Under the pieces are notes generated by a model. It was not told the origin of the DNA, did no database searches, and saw nothing but the letters and a program-made list of their open reading frames with translations. Position numbers and translations under genes: made by a program. Shown piece by piece: positions 30,482-42,276 of a stretch of DNA of 64,000 nt (position 1 is its first letter; each line of letters opens with the position of its first letter). The stretch covers positions 441,968 through 505,967 of the forward strand of contig JAOPTT010000002.1 in assembly GCA_051531975.1 (NCBI GenBank), given 5' to 3'. The DNA is from Spirochaetaceae bacterium. Lineage in GTDB: Bacteria > Spirochaetota > Spirochaetia > DSM-2461.

Positions 30482-33400
30482 TTGAAATTATCATTAAAAA
30501 TCATCCTGCTTTCTTTCATAATATCTATATTTGTTTCAAGTATTTCAATCAATCAGATCAGAAAATCACTATATGAAGTCAGGCTTAATACAAAAATAGA
30601 AAAACTTGAAAAAGAGTTATTTCATATGAATTATTTTATGGAAAATTTAACTAACCAGATAACCCAGGATCTCAATCTAGTATTAGCAAATCCAGTTTTT
30701 TCAAGAAAACATGCAATACCTTTTACATCATATATAAATGCAACTACAGATAAGTTTGTCTACTCACCAGGTGGGGTTGAAAAAAATATTGTAAATACCT
30801 TTTCACGGTTTAAGAAGAATAAAAAAGAGATAGAGTTTATCTATATGGGACTTGAAGACAGCTCTTATATCATGAATACGGTTATTATGAATATTGATGG
30901 ACCTCCAGAGAGTCGATTTGATTTTGACCCAAGGACGAGGCCATGGTATATAAAGGCCAAAGAGAAACCTGGAAAGCTGATTATGACAGAACCATACGTG
31001 GCTCCATCTGGGGATATATTCTTTCTATCAGCCGCTTTAGCAATAATTAAAAATAACCAATTTGTAGGGGTTTTAGGAATTGATATAAATATTGAAGGTC
31101 TAGCCAATTATCTTAAAGGAATTGGAACTGATCAAAATGGAACCTTTGGTATATTACAAGAGAATACCGGAATTATTGTAAATACTGAAAATGAGATAGT
31201 TATACAGGAGTCAGGAACTAATAATACAGTATGGCTGAAAGATATTTCATATGAGGGGAACCACGGTTTTGGTAATGTTGAAATTGATAATACTCCTTAC
31301 TATGCAGCAACATTGAAGTCAGAGAGTCTGCCATGGTTATTTTTCTTCTTAGTGCCTAAAATTGAGATTAATAATAGTATAAATGCGATTATCAATACAT
31401 TTCTAATTTCGATTATTTTAACAATTATAATAATAAGCATTTTATATATAGTCTCAGTCAATATTATGGTTACAAAACCTATTTTGTCCCTGACACGTGA
31501 AACTAGAAATTTTACCAGTAAAGGAAATATAGATGTCGATAAACTTTCAAAATCAAAAGACGAGATAGGTGTGCTTTCAAGGGACTTCTGTAATATGTTT
31601 AATGAGATCGCTAAATATAGAGATAGCATGGAAAAACTTGTACTTGAAAGGACTGCAGATCTGGAGAAACTTAATCAGGCCGTTGAGCAGAGTCCATCAT
31701 CTATCATAATAACAGATACTAATGGTGTTATTGAGTATGTAAATCCTAGCTTTACAGAACTTACTGGTTATAGTTTTGATGAGTCTATAGGTCAAAAACC
31801 TAATATTTTAAACTCTGGAACACACGATAATAAACTTTTTACAGAGCTATGGGATACTATATTATCTGGAAAGATCTGGAAGGGTGAATTATTAAATAAC
31901 AAGAAAGATGGACAGCAATATTGGGAGCAGGTTTCTATCGCTCCTGTAAAGGATGAAAATGGACTAATACTTCATTTCGTCGCTGTTAAAAATGATATAT
32001 CACTTAATAAAAAAATTCAGAAAGAGTTAGCAAGTGCTAAAACTGCTGCTGAAGAGGCGACTAAAGCAAAAAGTGATTTCCTGGCAAATATGTCCCATGA
32101 AATAAGAACACCTATGAATGCTATTATTGGACTAGATTCCCTTCTTGAAAAGACTAAAATGAGTTCTAAACAGTCCGATTATGTAAAGAAAATTGGATTA
32201 TCAGCTAAAAACCTGCTAGGTATAATTAATGATATTCTCGATTTTTCTAAGATCGAAGCAGGCAAACTAGACATAGAAAATATAGAATTTATAATTAACG
32301 ATGTTATGGGAAACCTAACTAATATGATAGGGGAAAAATCAAAAGACCGAGGAATTGAGTTGATTTATACTCAGGATATGAATATCCCTCGAAATCTGAT
32401 TGGTGATCCTCTACGGCTTGGACAAATATTACTGAATCTTACAAACAATGCAATCAAGTTTACTGAAAAGGGAGAGATTGAAGTTTCAACTAAACTAATA
32501 TCTAGAACAGATAAAAAAATTATTGTGCAGTTTGATGTTAGAGATACTGGAATTGGTCTTACAGATAAACAACAAAAGAAGCTATTTAAATCATTCAGTC
32601 AGGCTGATAGCTCTACAACAAGGAAGTATGGTGGTACAGGTCTTGGGCTTACAATAAGCAAAAAGCTTTCTCAGCTTATGGGTGGAGATATCGATGTTAA
32701 AAGTATATCTGGCCAGGGAAGTACTTTCTATTTTACTGTACAGTTTACTGTTGGAGATCAGGAAGATATTTATTGTATCCCAGATGACCTTAAGGGGCTT
32801 GATATTCTAATAATCGATGAAAACAGATCTGCTAAGTTAGCACTTACTAAATATCTGGAGTATCTAAAGTTTAATGTTACATCGGTATCTCCAAATGAAC
32901 TCCGTAACAATGAAAGTAGTTATGCTTTAATGTTTATTGATAATGGTATTTCTGATACAAGTTTAGTAAATAAGATAAAAGATCGAGGAAATTCAAAGGT
33001 AATTATTACTAGTAATTCAAATAGGCCAAATACCCAGGCAGATGAGAGTTCGACTGAAGGCTTTTTAATAAAACCTATCGATCCCATGGTTCTATTAAAC
33101 AGTATATTGGAACTGTTTGGTAAAAAAACAGATACTAAAAATATAGTACAAACCTATGATTCAAAACCTGAGGATTTTGAAAAGATTATAGGTGCAAAAA
33201 TTCTTCTAGTCGAGGATAACGAAATTAATCAGCAGGTAGCAGTTGAGACACTAGAGCATGAAGGATTTTTTGTTGATATTGCAGATAATGGTAAAATTGC
33301 AGTAGATATGGTTGGTAATGGTTATGACCTTATACTAATGGATCTTCAGATGCCTATTATGGATGGTTATGAAGCAACTAGTGAAATTCGTAATCTACAA

Positions 33401-34222
33401 GATTATAAAGATCTTCCAATTATAGCAATGACAGCGGATGCAATGTCAGGTGTAAGGGAAGAGGTTATAAACTCAGGAATGAACGACTACGTTACAAAAC
33501 CAATTGATGCAGCGGCATTGTGGTCTGCACTGACTTTATGGATAAAACCGGGTAGTAGAAAAGCCAATACTTCAAATAAAGATGTTACTAATACAGAAGA
33601 GATTTACATTCCCCAGATTCAGGGTATCGATGTAAACGATGGCCTTAAACGTGTAGGAAATAATCGTACTTTATACAGAAAATTAATAGTTGGATTCAAA
33701 GATAATTTCTATGATTCATATAATAAGTTTACACAATTATTAAATAATGGTGATAACACAGAAGCAATTAGACTTGCCCATACAATTAAGGGTGTAGCTG
33801 GTAATATTGGAGCTGTAGGAATATTAAAAGATGCCGAATATTTAGAATCGGTATTAAAAGATGGGAAGGAAGATGAATACGATTCAGCCCTTTTGCAATA
33901 TAGTAAAAACCTGGAAGTAATTATTAAATCGATAACTGATTCTGGTCTATTAAACAGCATAGATTCAACAGCCACAAATAGTGATGTATCTAAGCCTATC
34001 TCAAGCATCGAATTGAAAAAACTATTAACACTGTTAGAAGAGGGATTAAAAAGTCGTAAACCCAAAGTATGCAATAAAAGTATAGAAGAGATAATGGGGT
34101 TCTCTACTTCTAAGGATTTACAGACTAAACTCTTAGGAATAAAAGAGCTGATAGGTAAATACAATTTTAAAGCTGCAAATGTACTTTTTAATGAAATTGA
34201 TTTAGACACTTCTGTAAAATAA
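30482..34222 (+). CDS. hybrid sensor histidine kinase (dCache-HAMP-PAS-HisKA/HATPase-degenerate REC-REC-Hpt)
   Basis: [48 protein letters not shown]. Confidence 0.95.
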   Translation: MKLSLKIILLSFIISIFVSSISINQIRKSLYEVRLNTKIEKLEKELFHMNYFMENLTNQITQDLNLVLANPVFSRKHAIPFTSYINATTDKFVYSPGGVEKNIVNTFSRFKKNKKEIEFIYMGLEDSSYIMNTVIMNIDGPPESRFDFDPRTRPWYIKAKEKPGKLIMTEPYVAPSGDIFFLSAALAIIKNNQFVGVLGIDINIEGLANYLKGIGTDQNGTFGILQENTGIIVNTENEIVIQESGTNNTVWLKDISYEGNHGFGNVEIDNTPYYAATLKSESLPWLFFFLVPKIEINNSINAIINTFLISIILTIIIISILYIVSVNIMVTKPILSLTRETRNFTSKGNIDVDKLSKSKDEIGVLSRDFCNMFNEIAKYRDSMEKLVLERTADLEKLNQAVEQSPSSIIITDTNGVIEYVNPSFTELTGYSFDESIGQKPNILNSGTHDNKLFTELWDTILSGKIWKGELLNNKKDGQQYWEQVSIAPVKDENGLILHFVAVKNDISLNKKIQKELASAKTAAEEATKAKSDFLANMSHEIRTPMNAIIGLDSLLEKTKMSSKQSDYVKKIGLSAKNLLGIINDILDFSKIEAGKLDIENIEFIINDVMGNLTNMIGEKSKDRGIELIYTQDMNIPRNLIGDPLRLGQILLNLTNNAIKFTEKGEIEVSTKLISRTDKKIIVQFDVRDTGIGLTDKQQKKLFKSFSQADSSTTRKYGGTGLGLTISKKLSQLMGGDIDVKSISGQGSTFYFTVQFTVGDQEDIYCIPDDLKGLDILIIDENRSAKLALTKYLEYLKFNVTSVSPNELRNNESSYALMFIDNGISDTSLVNKIKDRGNSKVIITSNSNRPNTQADESSTEGFLIKPIDPMVLLNSILELFGKKTDTKNIVQTYDSKPEDFEKIIGAKILLVEDNEINQQVAVETLEHEGFFVDIADNGKIAVDMVGNGYDLILMDLQMPIMDGYEATSEIRNLQDYKDLPIIAMTADAMSGVREEVINSGMNDYVTKPIDAAALWSALTLWIKPGSRKANTSNKDVTNTEEIYIPQIQGIDVNDGLKRVGNNRTLYRKLIVGFKDNFYDSYNKFTQLLNNGDNTEAIRLAHTIKGVAGNIGAVGILKDAEYLESVLKDGKEDEYDSALLQYSKNLEVIIKSITDSGLLNSIDSTATNSDVSKPISSIELKKLLTLLEEGLKSRKPKVCNKSIEEIMGFSTSKDLQTKLLGIKELIGKYNFKAANVLFNEIDLDTSVK

Positions 34223-34254
34223 CTGTCATAAATAATTAATAGTAATAAAGAGAT

Positions 34255-34356
34255 GGGCGTTGTCTGTTCAAAAGAACAGACCTGGTCGTAACTTACACAA
34301 TCTTCCTGATCGTCGATTATGTCTGCTCGGTCAAGCAACCCGGTCGGACTATACAG
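34255..34356. repeat. GC-rich structured intergenic element between convergent genes (REP-like or terminator)
   Basis: perfect hairpin GTCTGTTC-AAAA-GAACAGAC (34262-34281); ends GGGCGTT...GGTCGGACTATAC resemble 27967-27998. Confidence 0.4.
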
Positions 34357-34417
34357 CTAAACTTCTTCTGTTCTAAAATAAGCATTGTACCTAAATTAGC
34401 TTTTGCTAGGGATCGAC

Positions 34418-35164
34418 CTAATATCCTGATCTCTCATCTAAGGCTTTTTGTATTAGATCATTTTCCTCGATTGCTGTTATTGATGCACCATAGTTTGGGA
34501 ATACCTGTAGTATAAATCCCTGAAACTTACGGTCTAAACCAAAACCAATTGATAGCCCTACAACGATCATAAGAATACCAAAAAACCTTTGTATCTTTTG
34601 TGTATTACCCATTAATTTAGGGAACTTATTAAGAAGTTTTCTCCCTCCTATCATTATTCCTAACATAGGAAGTGAAGTTCCTAGGGCATATGCAATAATT
34701 ATAACAACTGCACCACCATCTACGTTCTGGCTTATAGCTAAACCTATAACTGATGCCATTATTGGCCCGACGCATGGTGTCCAGATTAAACCCAGGCTTG
34801 TTCCAACCATAAAACCACCAAAAAACCCACTTTTTTGTTTTGTTGGTCTCTGTTTAATAAATCTAGAAACCAGGATTTCAAAATAGAGTTGTAGTTTAGG
34901 TATAACAAGAGTCAAACCAAATGCAATTATAATTATTATTGCTACAATTCGCATTGAATTTGGTGATATGTTAAAGGCTTTAACTATTGCAGATAATGTT
35001 AATGTAAATATACTAAAGCTCAGAATAAAACCGGATATAACTCCTAGTGGCTTACTTTTTCCGCCTATACTACCAGAGAGAACTATAGGTAATACCGGTA
35101 AAATACATGGTGATAAAATAGTAATAACCCCTGATAAAAAGGCAAAAAAAGTAATAATAACCAT
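34418..35164 (-). CDS. CcdA/DsbD-family cytochrome c biogenesis / thiol-disulfide membrane protein
   Basis: LSPCILPVLP, WTPCVGPI, multiple TM helices. Confidence 0.92.
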   Translation of the reverse strand: MVIITFFAFLSGVITILSPCILPVLPIVLSGSIGGKSKPLGVISGFILSFSIFTLTLSAIVKAFNISPNSMRIVAIIIIIAFGLTLVIPKLQLYFEILVSRFIKQRPTKQKSGFFGGFMVGTSLGLIWTPCVGPIMASVIGLAISQNVDGGAVVIIIAYALGTSLPMLGIMIGGRKLLNKFPKLMGNTQKIQRFFGILMIVVGLSIGFGLDRKFQGFILQVFPNYGASITAIEENDLIQKALDERSGY

Positions 35165-35166
35165 AA

Positions 35167-35562
35167 CTACATATCTCCCTGAACCACGTTAGCGAGTAGT
35201 TCTTTTGTAGCTCCACCACTCCATTCAGCTATTGAATTGCCATTAGAATCTACCTGGATAAATGTATGCTGATATGTAACTCCATATTTAGTTTTAAGTT
35301 TTTTAGAAGTATCATAGTTAACCACAACTAGGTTTATATCTTTAAATTGATCTTTTGTAGCGCTAAACTTTTTAGCAGCAGATAAACAAGAAGAACACCA
35401 ATTTGCTTTAAAAAAGAGTACTGTTGGTTTAGTCTCTGCAAGTTCCATAACCTGTTCCATACTCTTATAGTCAATTATTGGGCCGTTATCTTTCTTATTC
35501 TCACCAAATATTGGAAGAACTGTCATAAATATTAAAACTGATATAATTGTAAACACTTTCAT
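35167..35562 (-). CDS. exported thioredoxin-like protein (CcdA partner)
   Basis: signal peptide, FFKANWCSSC, YGVTYQHTF. Confidence 0.85.
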   Translation of the reverse strand: MKVFTIISVLIFMTVLPIFGENKKDNGPIIDYKSMEQVMELAETKPTVLFFKANWCSSCLSAAKKFSATKDQFKDINLVVVNYDTSKKLKTKYGVTYQHTFIQVDSNGNSIAEWSGGATKELLANVVQGDM

Positions 35563-35654
35563 CTGTCTACCTCCATTTATAATTATATATTTAAGTATAA
35601 TACCAATTGATAATTATTACTATTAGTGTTTATTGTAAATGTTTATATTTTTTA

Positions 35655-35773
35655 ATATTGATGTAAATTTAATCGATATGTTAAAAACAATAGACCCTGA
35701 TGTCGATGGACTTCCAACTGAAGCAATTAAAAAATATACTGGGTTAACAGACGAAGAGATTAAAAAGTTATAA
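35655..35773 (+). pseudogene. partial 63-bp repeat fused to an Rpn-family C-terminal relic
   Basis: ATATTGATGTAAATT, then MLKTIDPDVDGLPTEAIKKYTGLTDEEIKKL* (35678-35773). Confidence 0.7.
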
Positions 35774-35861
35774 CTAAATAACTTACTTTTATTAAACTTT
35801 GTAAAGAATCACCTTACGTATATTCAAAGATACTTTTTTCTTAGAATGAATAGTAACAATA

Positions 35862-36677
35862 TTAAATTTTTAACCAAAAAAATGGACTCTTTTTCATAAA
35901 TTCAAATCCAGATTTTAGTGCTGTTTTTTTTGATGCATTATTTGAATCAACACAATTCCACTGAGGCATAAGCTGCTTATCAATACAATTATTAACCAAA
36001 CATGTGGTTAGTATAGATGCCAAACCTCGATTTCTATGCTGTTTCTCGGTTTCTATATCAATAGGAATAATATTGTTAAATGTTGCAGTTCCAACAATAA
36101 CAGCTACAATTCTCTTTTTATATAATGCAACATATGCAATACTTTCATTTAAAAAATCTTCGTAGGATCCCCATGATTCTAGCAGACGTTCTTCCAGGAA
36201 GACTCTGTTTTGATATTCATGATGTTCTAGTTCATCAATAAACTTTGAATCTACTTTTAAAATAGAATATTCCACAGGAACTTCAAATGAAGATTTAGTT
36301 TTATCGGTTTTAATATAGAAGTATTCATCTTCACTTTCAATAATTTTGTCAGAAAACAACTCTAAAATACACTTCTGAGATTCTAAAGATTCCACTGAAA
36401 ACTCAAAAAATTCCTCACCTCTCTTTTTAAGTTTTGGAAATAGTTCTTTTATTAAGAAATTATGAAGCTGTTCATATACTGAATCTTGCCCAGGATTGCC
36501 TAAAATACAGTACCCACCAACAGCAAATGAGTATGTTAAGGCAATGGTAGGATTTTCAATGTTATTAACCCACATGCTTCCTTTGCACTTCCCTGTTACT
36601 ATTCCAGAAAAACTCGGATTATCATTAGAGACAATATTTAGACTTCTATTTTTATCAATTTTTTTGACTTTAATCAT
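35862..36677 (-). CDS. GNAT-family acetyltransferase
   Basis: IDIETEKQHRNRGLA, WNCVDSNNASKKTALKSGF. Confidence 0.9.
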   Translation of the reverse strand: MIKVKKIDKNRSLNIVSNDNPSFSGIVTGKCKGSMWVNNIENPTIALTYSFAVGGYCILGNPGQDSVYEQLHNFLIKELFPKLKKRGEEFFEFSVESLESQKCILELFSDKIIESEDEYFYIKTDKTKSSFEVPVEYSILKVDSKFIDELEHHEYQNRVFLEERLLESWGSYEDFLNESIAYVALYKKRIVAVIVGTATFNNIIPIDIETEKQHRNRGLASILTTCLVNNCIDKQLMPQWNCVDSNNASKKTALKSGFEFMKKSPFFWLKI

Positions 36678-36679
36678 TT

Positions 36680-37531
36680 TTAATCCTTAAGTTTTAAAGA
36701 GGAGACTGGTAATATATTCTGCATCACGAACTGGTTTTTAAGCCAACTTCTTGTAATATCATTAAAAAAACCGGGTTTTTCTATCTGCAAATTATGCCCA
36801 GCTCCATCTACTAATATATAAGTTGCTTTTGGGTAGTGTTTTAAAATATTAACAGCATCACTATATCCAACTACAGAGTCCTGTTTACCAACGATAATCA
36901 ATGTTGGTTTATCAAATAAAATATCGGAGTCAACATTGAAAGAAAATGAATAATTCTTAAATATTCTCCTAAGAAATCCCTTATCTGCAAGGTTTATACC
37001 AGTTACAATCTCAGCCATATATCTTAAATATACTTCTTTAGTCAAAACAACATTATCTCTATAAAATTTATCTTTTATATCCTCTACTAAAGTTCTGGTA
37101 AAGTCTCTATCACTCTCTACAATTATGTGTTCTGGTAGAGTCCTACTCTCTCTATCTGCATAAATTACAGGACATATTAAAAGAAGTCCTTTAACCATTT
37201 CTGGTGTTTTATTTATAATTCCTCTAGAGATATAACCACCATAGGACTGACCTACTAATAAAAACTGCTGGTTGGGTATAATGGCATCTATAAACTCACA
37301 TACTATTTCTAAAATATCATCAGAACTATTAACCATATCGTTACACTCAGACTTACCCATTCCAGGAAGATCTATATAGATCCTCTTATAATTATTTAGT
37401 TCACTAAATATAGGTTCCATACACCCAGTCATTATTCTATGGTCCACAGAAAAACCATGTATAAGAACTACTGGTTCACCCTCGCCTACTACTATGTAAT
37501 TTATTTTAAGATCTCTTATTATACATTCCAC
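36680..37531 (-). CDS. alpha/beta hydrolase
   Basis: IHGF, DLPGMG, GQSYG nucleophile, GKQD, AGHNL. Confidence 0.93.
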   Translation of the reverse strand: MECIIRDLKINYIVVGEGEPVVLIHGFSVDHRIMTGCMEPIFSELNNYKRIYIDLPGMGKSECNDMVNSSDDILEIVCEFIDAIIPNQQFLLVGQSYGGYISRGIINKTPEMVKGLLLICPVIYADRESRTLPEHIIVESDRDFTRTLVEDIKDKFYRDNVVLTKEVYLRYMAEIVTGINLADKGFLRRIFKNYSFSFNVDSDILFDKPTLIIVGKQDSVVGYSDAVNILKHYPKATYILVDGAGHNLQIEKPGFFNDITRSWLKNQFVMQNILPVSSLKLKD

Positions 37532-37643
37532 TATTTTACCTACAATATTATTTTTAAAACATTCTATATATATTTACAACAAAAAGGATTAACAACTTTT
37601 ATGTAAAATATTAAATAATAAAGAGATGATTATAAAATTATTC

Positions 37644-37706
37644 TATATTGATGTAAATTACATATTTTGTAACTGTGGCAGCCAGCCTCTAAGTTGTTGT
37701 TTAATA
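37644..37706. repeat. 63-bp dispersed repeat, copy 1
   Basis: TATATTGATGTAAATTACATATTTTGTAACTGTGGCAGCCAGCCTCTAAGTTGTTGTTTAATA. Confidence 0.9.
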
Positions 37707-37829
37707 GTTCATGTGTAAAAAATCATAATCCAAAAGTGTATCTGTAATCATTATTTTAGTATTTATTATTTCATGGTTATACTAAAATACTTAATGAGAA
37801 AAGAAATCAGTAGTAAATGAACAGGTTCT

Positions 37830-38387
37830 TTACTTATATAATTTTATATTATTTCGGTTTTGTCGTTGTTTAATACTTTGTAAATATAGTTTCATATTCT
37901 TAAATGGTAATTTACTTTTTTTATCTAAAACCTTTGTGATAAATAAATCACAATCTTTTAAAGTCATAATGTTATTGTTGTAAGCTTGGTTTATTATATC
38001 CATGGTTGTTATATATGTGATTCTATTAGTTTCACAATATCTTCTTATGTCCCTAAGATTACTGCTAGCAATAATATTAGAGTTAAATTTTGCATAAGCC
38101 ATACACGCACTCTCCCCAGCACCAAAGTCTTCATTTAATACTATAAACTCATTTAAGATATCTTTGTCGTCTGTTGGAAAATCAATTTCTTTAATCCCTG
38201 CCTGCTTTATCATCATATCAAAGAGATGAGGATGTTTTCCAATTTTTGTAAACTCATCTTTTATTATATCTAAAAGAATTATTCGATCTTTATATAAGTC
38301 AGATAGGAGAGATAATTTATCTCCTATCTGTAGATGAATTAAAACATCGCAGTCAACTAAGATTTTTTTGTCACTATTAGAAGTCAA
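37830..38387 (-). CDS. PIN-like domain protein (putative RNase toxin)
   Basis: ILVDCDVLIH, FGAGESACMAYA, IASSN; overlaps the upstream peptidase gene. Confidence 0.7.
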   Translation of the reverse strand: MTSNSDKKILVDCDVLIHLQIGDKLSLLSDLYKDRIILLDIIKDEFTKIGKHPHLFDMMIKQAGIKEIDFPTDDKDILNEFIVLNEDFGAGESACMAYAKFNSNIIASSNLRDIRRYCETNRITYITTMDIINQAYNNNIMTLKDCDLFITKVLDKKSKLPFKNMKLYLQSIKQRQNRNNIKLYK

Positions 38388-39090
38388 CTAAATCACCCAT
38401 ACCTATATCTGAAAGCAGTGTTTTGTAATGGGTTTCTGATATTTTTTCATTGTTATAAAGCTTATTCGTTAATGGAATATAGTCTCCAATAATTAAATTT
38501 TCATTTCCTGGTATATATACCTCGGTAGAAAACCCATTTTTTATAGCATTCTCTTCGATTAACTGTTTATGTTGTTCTGCAAAATCTTTATCAATAAGTT
38601 TTAAATCTTTAAGTCTATGCAGCAGTGCAGATCTAGAGCATTTATATGAGCTCTCTATTTTTAACAGAGTATCAATTCCAATAGAGTTCTTTGATATTTC
38701 CTTATCTGGTATTAGTTCTAAAATCCCCTCTTCGGGCATAAGTATTAATGCTGCAAATAGATCAGCTTTTTTCTCTTCTGTTCCATTTAAGTTTTTCTCT
38801 AGTAGTATGTTTTCAAAAGTTTTATCAAAATAAAGATGATAGAGTTCGTGGGCAATTGTAAAATGTTGTCGTCCAATAGATTTATTAGAGTTTATTAACA
38901 TGTACTGAGTATTATCATCCTGTCTACAAACTATCCCTGAAATAGAATCACTTAATGGTCTAAAAAGTGTTAAAATATTTAATTTTCTTAATAATGAATA
39001 TAAGTCCACAGGTTCTTTGCTGCTTAACCCATTTATGGATCTAAAATCAGAAACATTTTTTTTTACACTTAACATATCATTAAACTGCAT
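38377..39090 (-). CDS. ImmA/IrrE-family Zn metallopeptidase
   Basis: GRQHFTIAHELYH, EKKADLFAALILMP. Confidence 0.92.
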   Translation of the reverse strand: MQFNDMLSVKKNVSDFRSINGLSSKEPVDLYSLLRKLNILTLFRPLSDSISGIVCRQDDNTQYMLINSNKSIGRQHFTIAHELYHLYFDKTFENILLEKNLNGTEEKKADLFAALILMPEEGILELIPDKEISKNSIGIDTLLKIESSYKCSRSALLHRLKDLKLIDKDFAEQHKQLIEENAIKNGFSTEVYIPGNENLIIGDYIPLTNKLYNNEKISETHYKTLLSDIGMGDLVDF

Positions 39091-39415
39091 TAGTTAGCCT
39101 TTGAATCTTGCTATAATTTTTAACAACTTTTACAAACTGGGATATAACATTAAAATCTTCTGTTGAATAACCATCTTTTCTAAAAGTAAGAGCCATTAGT
39201 GATTTATGTTTGTTCCTATCTACTTCATTAAAGTTACCAACAGAAACACCATAAAGATCTGAAAGTTTTAATAATATTTTTAAAGGAACAGATCTTTTCC
39301 CATTCTCATAATAACTAACTTCTTCCCTTGTAATAGATAAGAACTTAGCTATTTCTTCCTGAGTATAATTTAGTTTATTTCTATATTCTTTAATATTTTT
39401 TCCTATTAATCCCAT
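39080..39415 (-). CDS. XRE-family HTH regulator
   Basis: IGKNIKEYRNKLNYTQEEIA...VSYYENGKR. Confidence 0.93.
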   Translation of the reverse strand: MGLIGKNIKEYRNKLNYTQEEIAKFLSITREEVSYYENGKRSVPLKILLKLSDLYGVSVGNFNEVDRNKHKSLMALTFRKDGYSTEDFNVISQFVKVVKNYSKIQRLTNAV

Positions 39416-39619
39416 GACTTGCCCCTAATTTAATTATCGGTTTATATGTTACATTTTACAACCAATAATAATTAATTCCATTCAAACGTAACATATATTT
39501 ACTATATAAATTATAATATGTATAGTCTTATTTTCCTTAATATGCTTTATGAATTGTATCTATTTAAATCATATAAAAGATATATCTATATTATCTTATG
39601 TATCTGAGTGGCTGTTTTT

Positions 39620-40149
39620 TTAGATTAAAAGTTCTGGGTTTTCTAAAAAGCAATTTCCATACTCATAAGTTCTTCCTGCTTTTTATCTAATAAGCTTTTT
39701 AAATTCGGAATGTTTACGCCTAGATATAATACCGTTATGTACAAGTTGATAAGCTAAAGCTTGTATTGATATACCAAAAACTTCTTTTATGGTTATTAAC
39801 TCATCTAAAAACAGAGAGTCCCGTCTGTTGCCTATATGTTTCTTTAGTTCATCTGGTGGTATTAAAAATGCTCCAGCAAAAGCGTGGCATAACTCTTCCT
39901 TATTTTTATCATCTATATCATCAAATAACAGAACAAGGTGGCCTAATTCTTGGGCGAGAGTAAATCTTTTCCTAACATTGTCACAGTTCTTATTTACTGC
40001 AATCGCAGCGACATTATTACCACTTAAACAGACACCGATAAAGTTTTTAACCTCAGAGATTTCTGTTACAACAATAGAAGTTTCCTATAGGAAAGCCCTT
40101 CCTTACTTCTAGCCATTTTAAGCCTTTTACCAAATATTAAATTATCCAT
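39620..40149 (-). pseudogene. XRE-ImmA/IrrE fusion pseudogene (internal deletion, frameshift, HExxH changed to QELGH)
   Basis: MDNLIFGKRLKMARSKEGLSYRKL from ATG 40149, then out-of-frame ...RKRFTLAQELGH...ELCHAFAGAFLIP...FGISIQALAY to stop at 39683; not called by the ORF track. Confidence 0.8.
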
Positions 40150-40182
40150 AGCAGTCCAATCCTATGTTTACAATTCTAAACT

Positions 40183-40509
40183 TTATATATTCAGCTGCAA
40201 ACACAAGTAATTACTTATTTTAAAATTTAATAGTAATATAAAATATATGTGTATAAGGTTGGTTCGCCGATTCCGTAATTTTTTATTAATATGTGGATTA
40301 TTAATTGTCTTTAAAGTTTCTCTATATTTCTCTACAAACTTTATTAGATCTCTTTTTAGTCTTGGTTTTTCAAAATTTGATAGGGGAAATTCATCTGCTT
40401 CCTCTATCTGATATTCTCCATCACGATAGGTGTTCTCTGGATAACGCTTAACATTAAACACCTTTGAAGAAAAAGGTTTTGCATTCACTGTGGGGTACCA
40501 TTCCCACAA
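40183..40509 (-). other. hypothetical ORF or gene fragment
   Basis: 108-codon ORF with a TTG start just after an in-frame stop; no family recognised. Confidence 0.3.
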
Positions 40510-40592
40510 TTCCTAACATCAAACTTTTCGATGAGGAAATGTTTGACTATTTTAGTTTAAATCTTAGCTTTATCGTTTGTTTTTATAAATTA

Positions 40593-41015
40593 CTATAAAC
40601 TTATTCCTTTAGCATTAACATAATCAGCAAACTCCCTATCTTCTTTGCTTATATGGGTAAGCCACCAATTCCGTAAAAATTCCAAAGCTGTTTGAGGGTC
40701 TCCAGTAGCAATCACCTCTTTAACAGTTTTATGTATACCTTTCATTATTTTTTTATGCATTTCGATATGTTCATCCAGATGTGGATATTCTGAAATTTTC
40801 ATTAGATGTTCTTCGGTAACAAAATGTAATTCAGCAAAATGCTGAATAAGTATGGCTCTATTTCTATTTATAATTTTATACCCTGCACCTTTTTGCAATA
40901 GAAAATGAAAAGTATTTAATATAGCAACAAAAGCTCTGTGCTGCTCATCAATAATAGGGATGTTAAGTTTATGAACTTCACTCCATTCAATATACAAAGG
41001 CTTACTCATTTTCAA
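40593..41015 (-). CDS. single-domain bacteriohemerythrin
   Basis: IDEQH, HFVTEE, HIEMH, WWLTHISKED. Confidence 0.9.
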   Translation of the reverse strand: MKMSKPLYIEWSEVHKLNIPIIDEQHRAFVAILNTFHFLLQKGAGYKIINRNRAILIQHFAELHFVTEEHLMKISEYPHLDEHIEMHKKIMKGIHKTVKEVIATGDPQTALEFLRNWWLTHISKEDREFADYVNAKGISL

Positions 41016-41216
41016 TCTACTCCTTAAAAAATATAAAATTTACATTAACAAATTCTAATATTAAATTCCTTCCTCAATTTTAAATGAAAAAACCCCAGTT
41101 AGCCAGACAAAAATATTGTGAATATTTACCATCTTCAAATAATAGTGCCTAACTTAACTTTCCTCTACCATAAAAAAATACGACGTTTATATTTATAACT
41201 ATTGTTATTCCTTAAT

Positions 41217-41654
41217 ATGGATATATCAACAAATACAATTCAACTGGTATGTATTATAACACGGGCATCTGAAGTATTTGAAGACAGAGATATTGCTATC
41301 GAGTGGCTTAAAGAGCCTAATGAATCTTTAGATAACCACAAAGGCAGTATGCCGACTTATCGGGGAAGGTGCAAAACAATGGTTCATTACAAGAAACTCC
41401 AGCTTCTGAAGAACATAGTTCTCATGAAAATAGAGATACCGATATAGAAATCTCAACGGAGTTTGAAACATTTGATTTTGAGAGTGGTAATAAGTAAAGT
41501 CCCTTCCGTAATAATGCCGGACCCCTATAACTATATAGTAAATCCACTTCATCCAAATATGTCAAAAGTCTCTATAAAAAGTCCCAGGATTTTTGTTTTG
41601 ATAAAAGACTTTTTTTTTAAAAGCGTCCTTATTAGTAGTTCTAGTTATAAATAA
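41217..41654 (+). pseudogene. decayed Xre/MbcA antitoxin - RES toxin pair
   Basis: ASEVFEDRDIAIEWLKEPNESLD (MbcA/ParS C-terminus), then KVPSVIMPDPYNYIVNPLHPNM (RES C-terminus) in broken frames. Confidence 0.75.
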
Positions 41655-41681
41655 CTTCATGAATCCGAGTCACATGCTTGT

Positions 41682-42164
41682 TTATACCCTAGGTAACGTT
41701 AACTGGTTTTCAAGCCAACTTCTTGTAATATCCTTAAAAAATTCAGGTCTTTCAATCTGTAGGTTATGCCCAGCTCCATCTACTAGTTTATAAGTTGCTT
41801 TTGGGTAGTGTTTTAAAATATTAACAGCATCAGTATATCCAACTACAGAGTCCTGTTTTCCAACTATAATCAACGTTGGTTTATCAAACAAAATATCGGA
41901 GTCAACATTGAAAGAAAATGAATAATGACCAAATATTCTCCTAAGAAATCCCTTATCTGCAAGGTTTATACCAGTTACAATCTAAGCCATATATCGTGAA
42001 TATACTTCTTTAGTTAAAACAACATTATCTCTATAAAATTTATCTTTAATATCCTCTGCTAAAGTTCTGGTAAAGTCTCTATCACTCTCTACAACTATGT
42101 GTTCTGGCAGAGTCCTACTATCCCTGTCATAACAATTACATGGATCTCTTATTATACATTCCAC
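41682..42164 (-). pseudogene. duplicate of the 36680..37531 alpha/beta hydrolase with an ~340-bp internal deletion and a nonsense codon
   Basis: 41701-42339 is near-identical to 36729-37706 minus the catalytic-Ser segment; GAG>TAG at 41982-41984. Confidence 0.92.
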
Positions 42165-42276
42165 TATTTTACCTACAATATTATTTTTAAAACATTCTAT
42201 ATATATTTACAACAAAAAGGATTAACAACTTTTATGTAAAATAATAAATAATAAAGAGATGATTATAAAATTATTC

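Noticed and set aside
33709..34338. 209-aa minus-strand ORF
   Set aside because: Antisense to the kinase Hpt region; Ser/Leu/Phe-rich shadow composition
39620..39665. YGNCFLENPELLI as a phage YopX remnant
   Set aside because: It is in frame with the IrrE-like pseudogene just past a stop codon, so it is more simply that gene's tail; no other phage genes nearby
39766..40112. Plus-strand ORFs 39766..39963 and 39789..40112
   Set aside because: Antisense shadows of the minus-strand IrrE pseudogene
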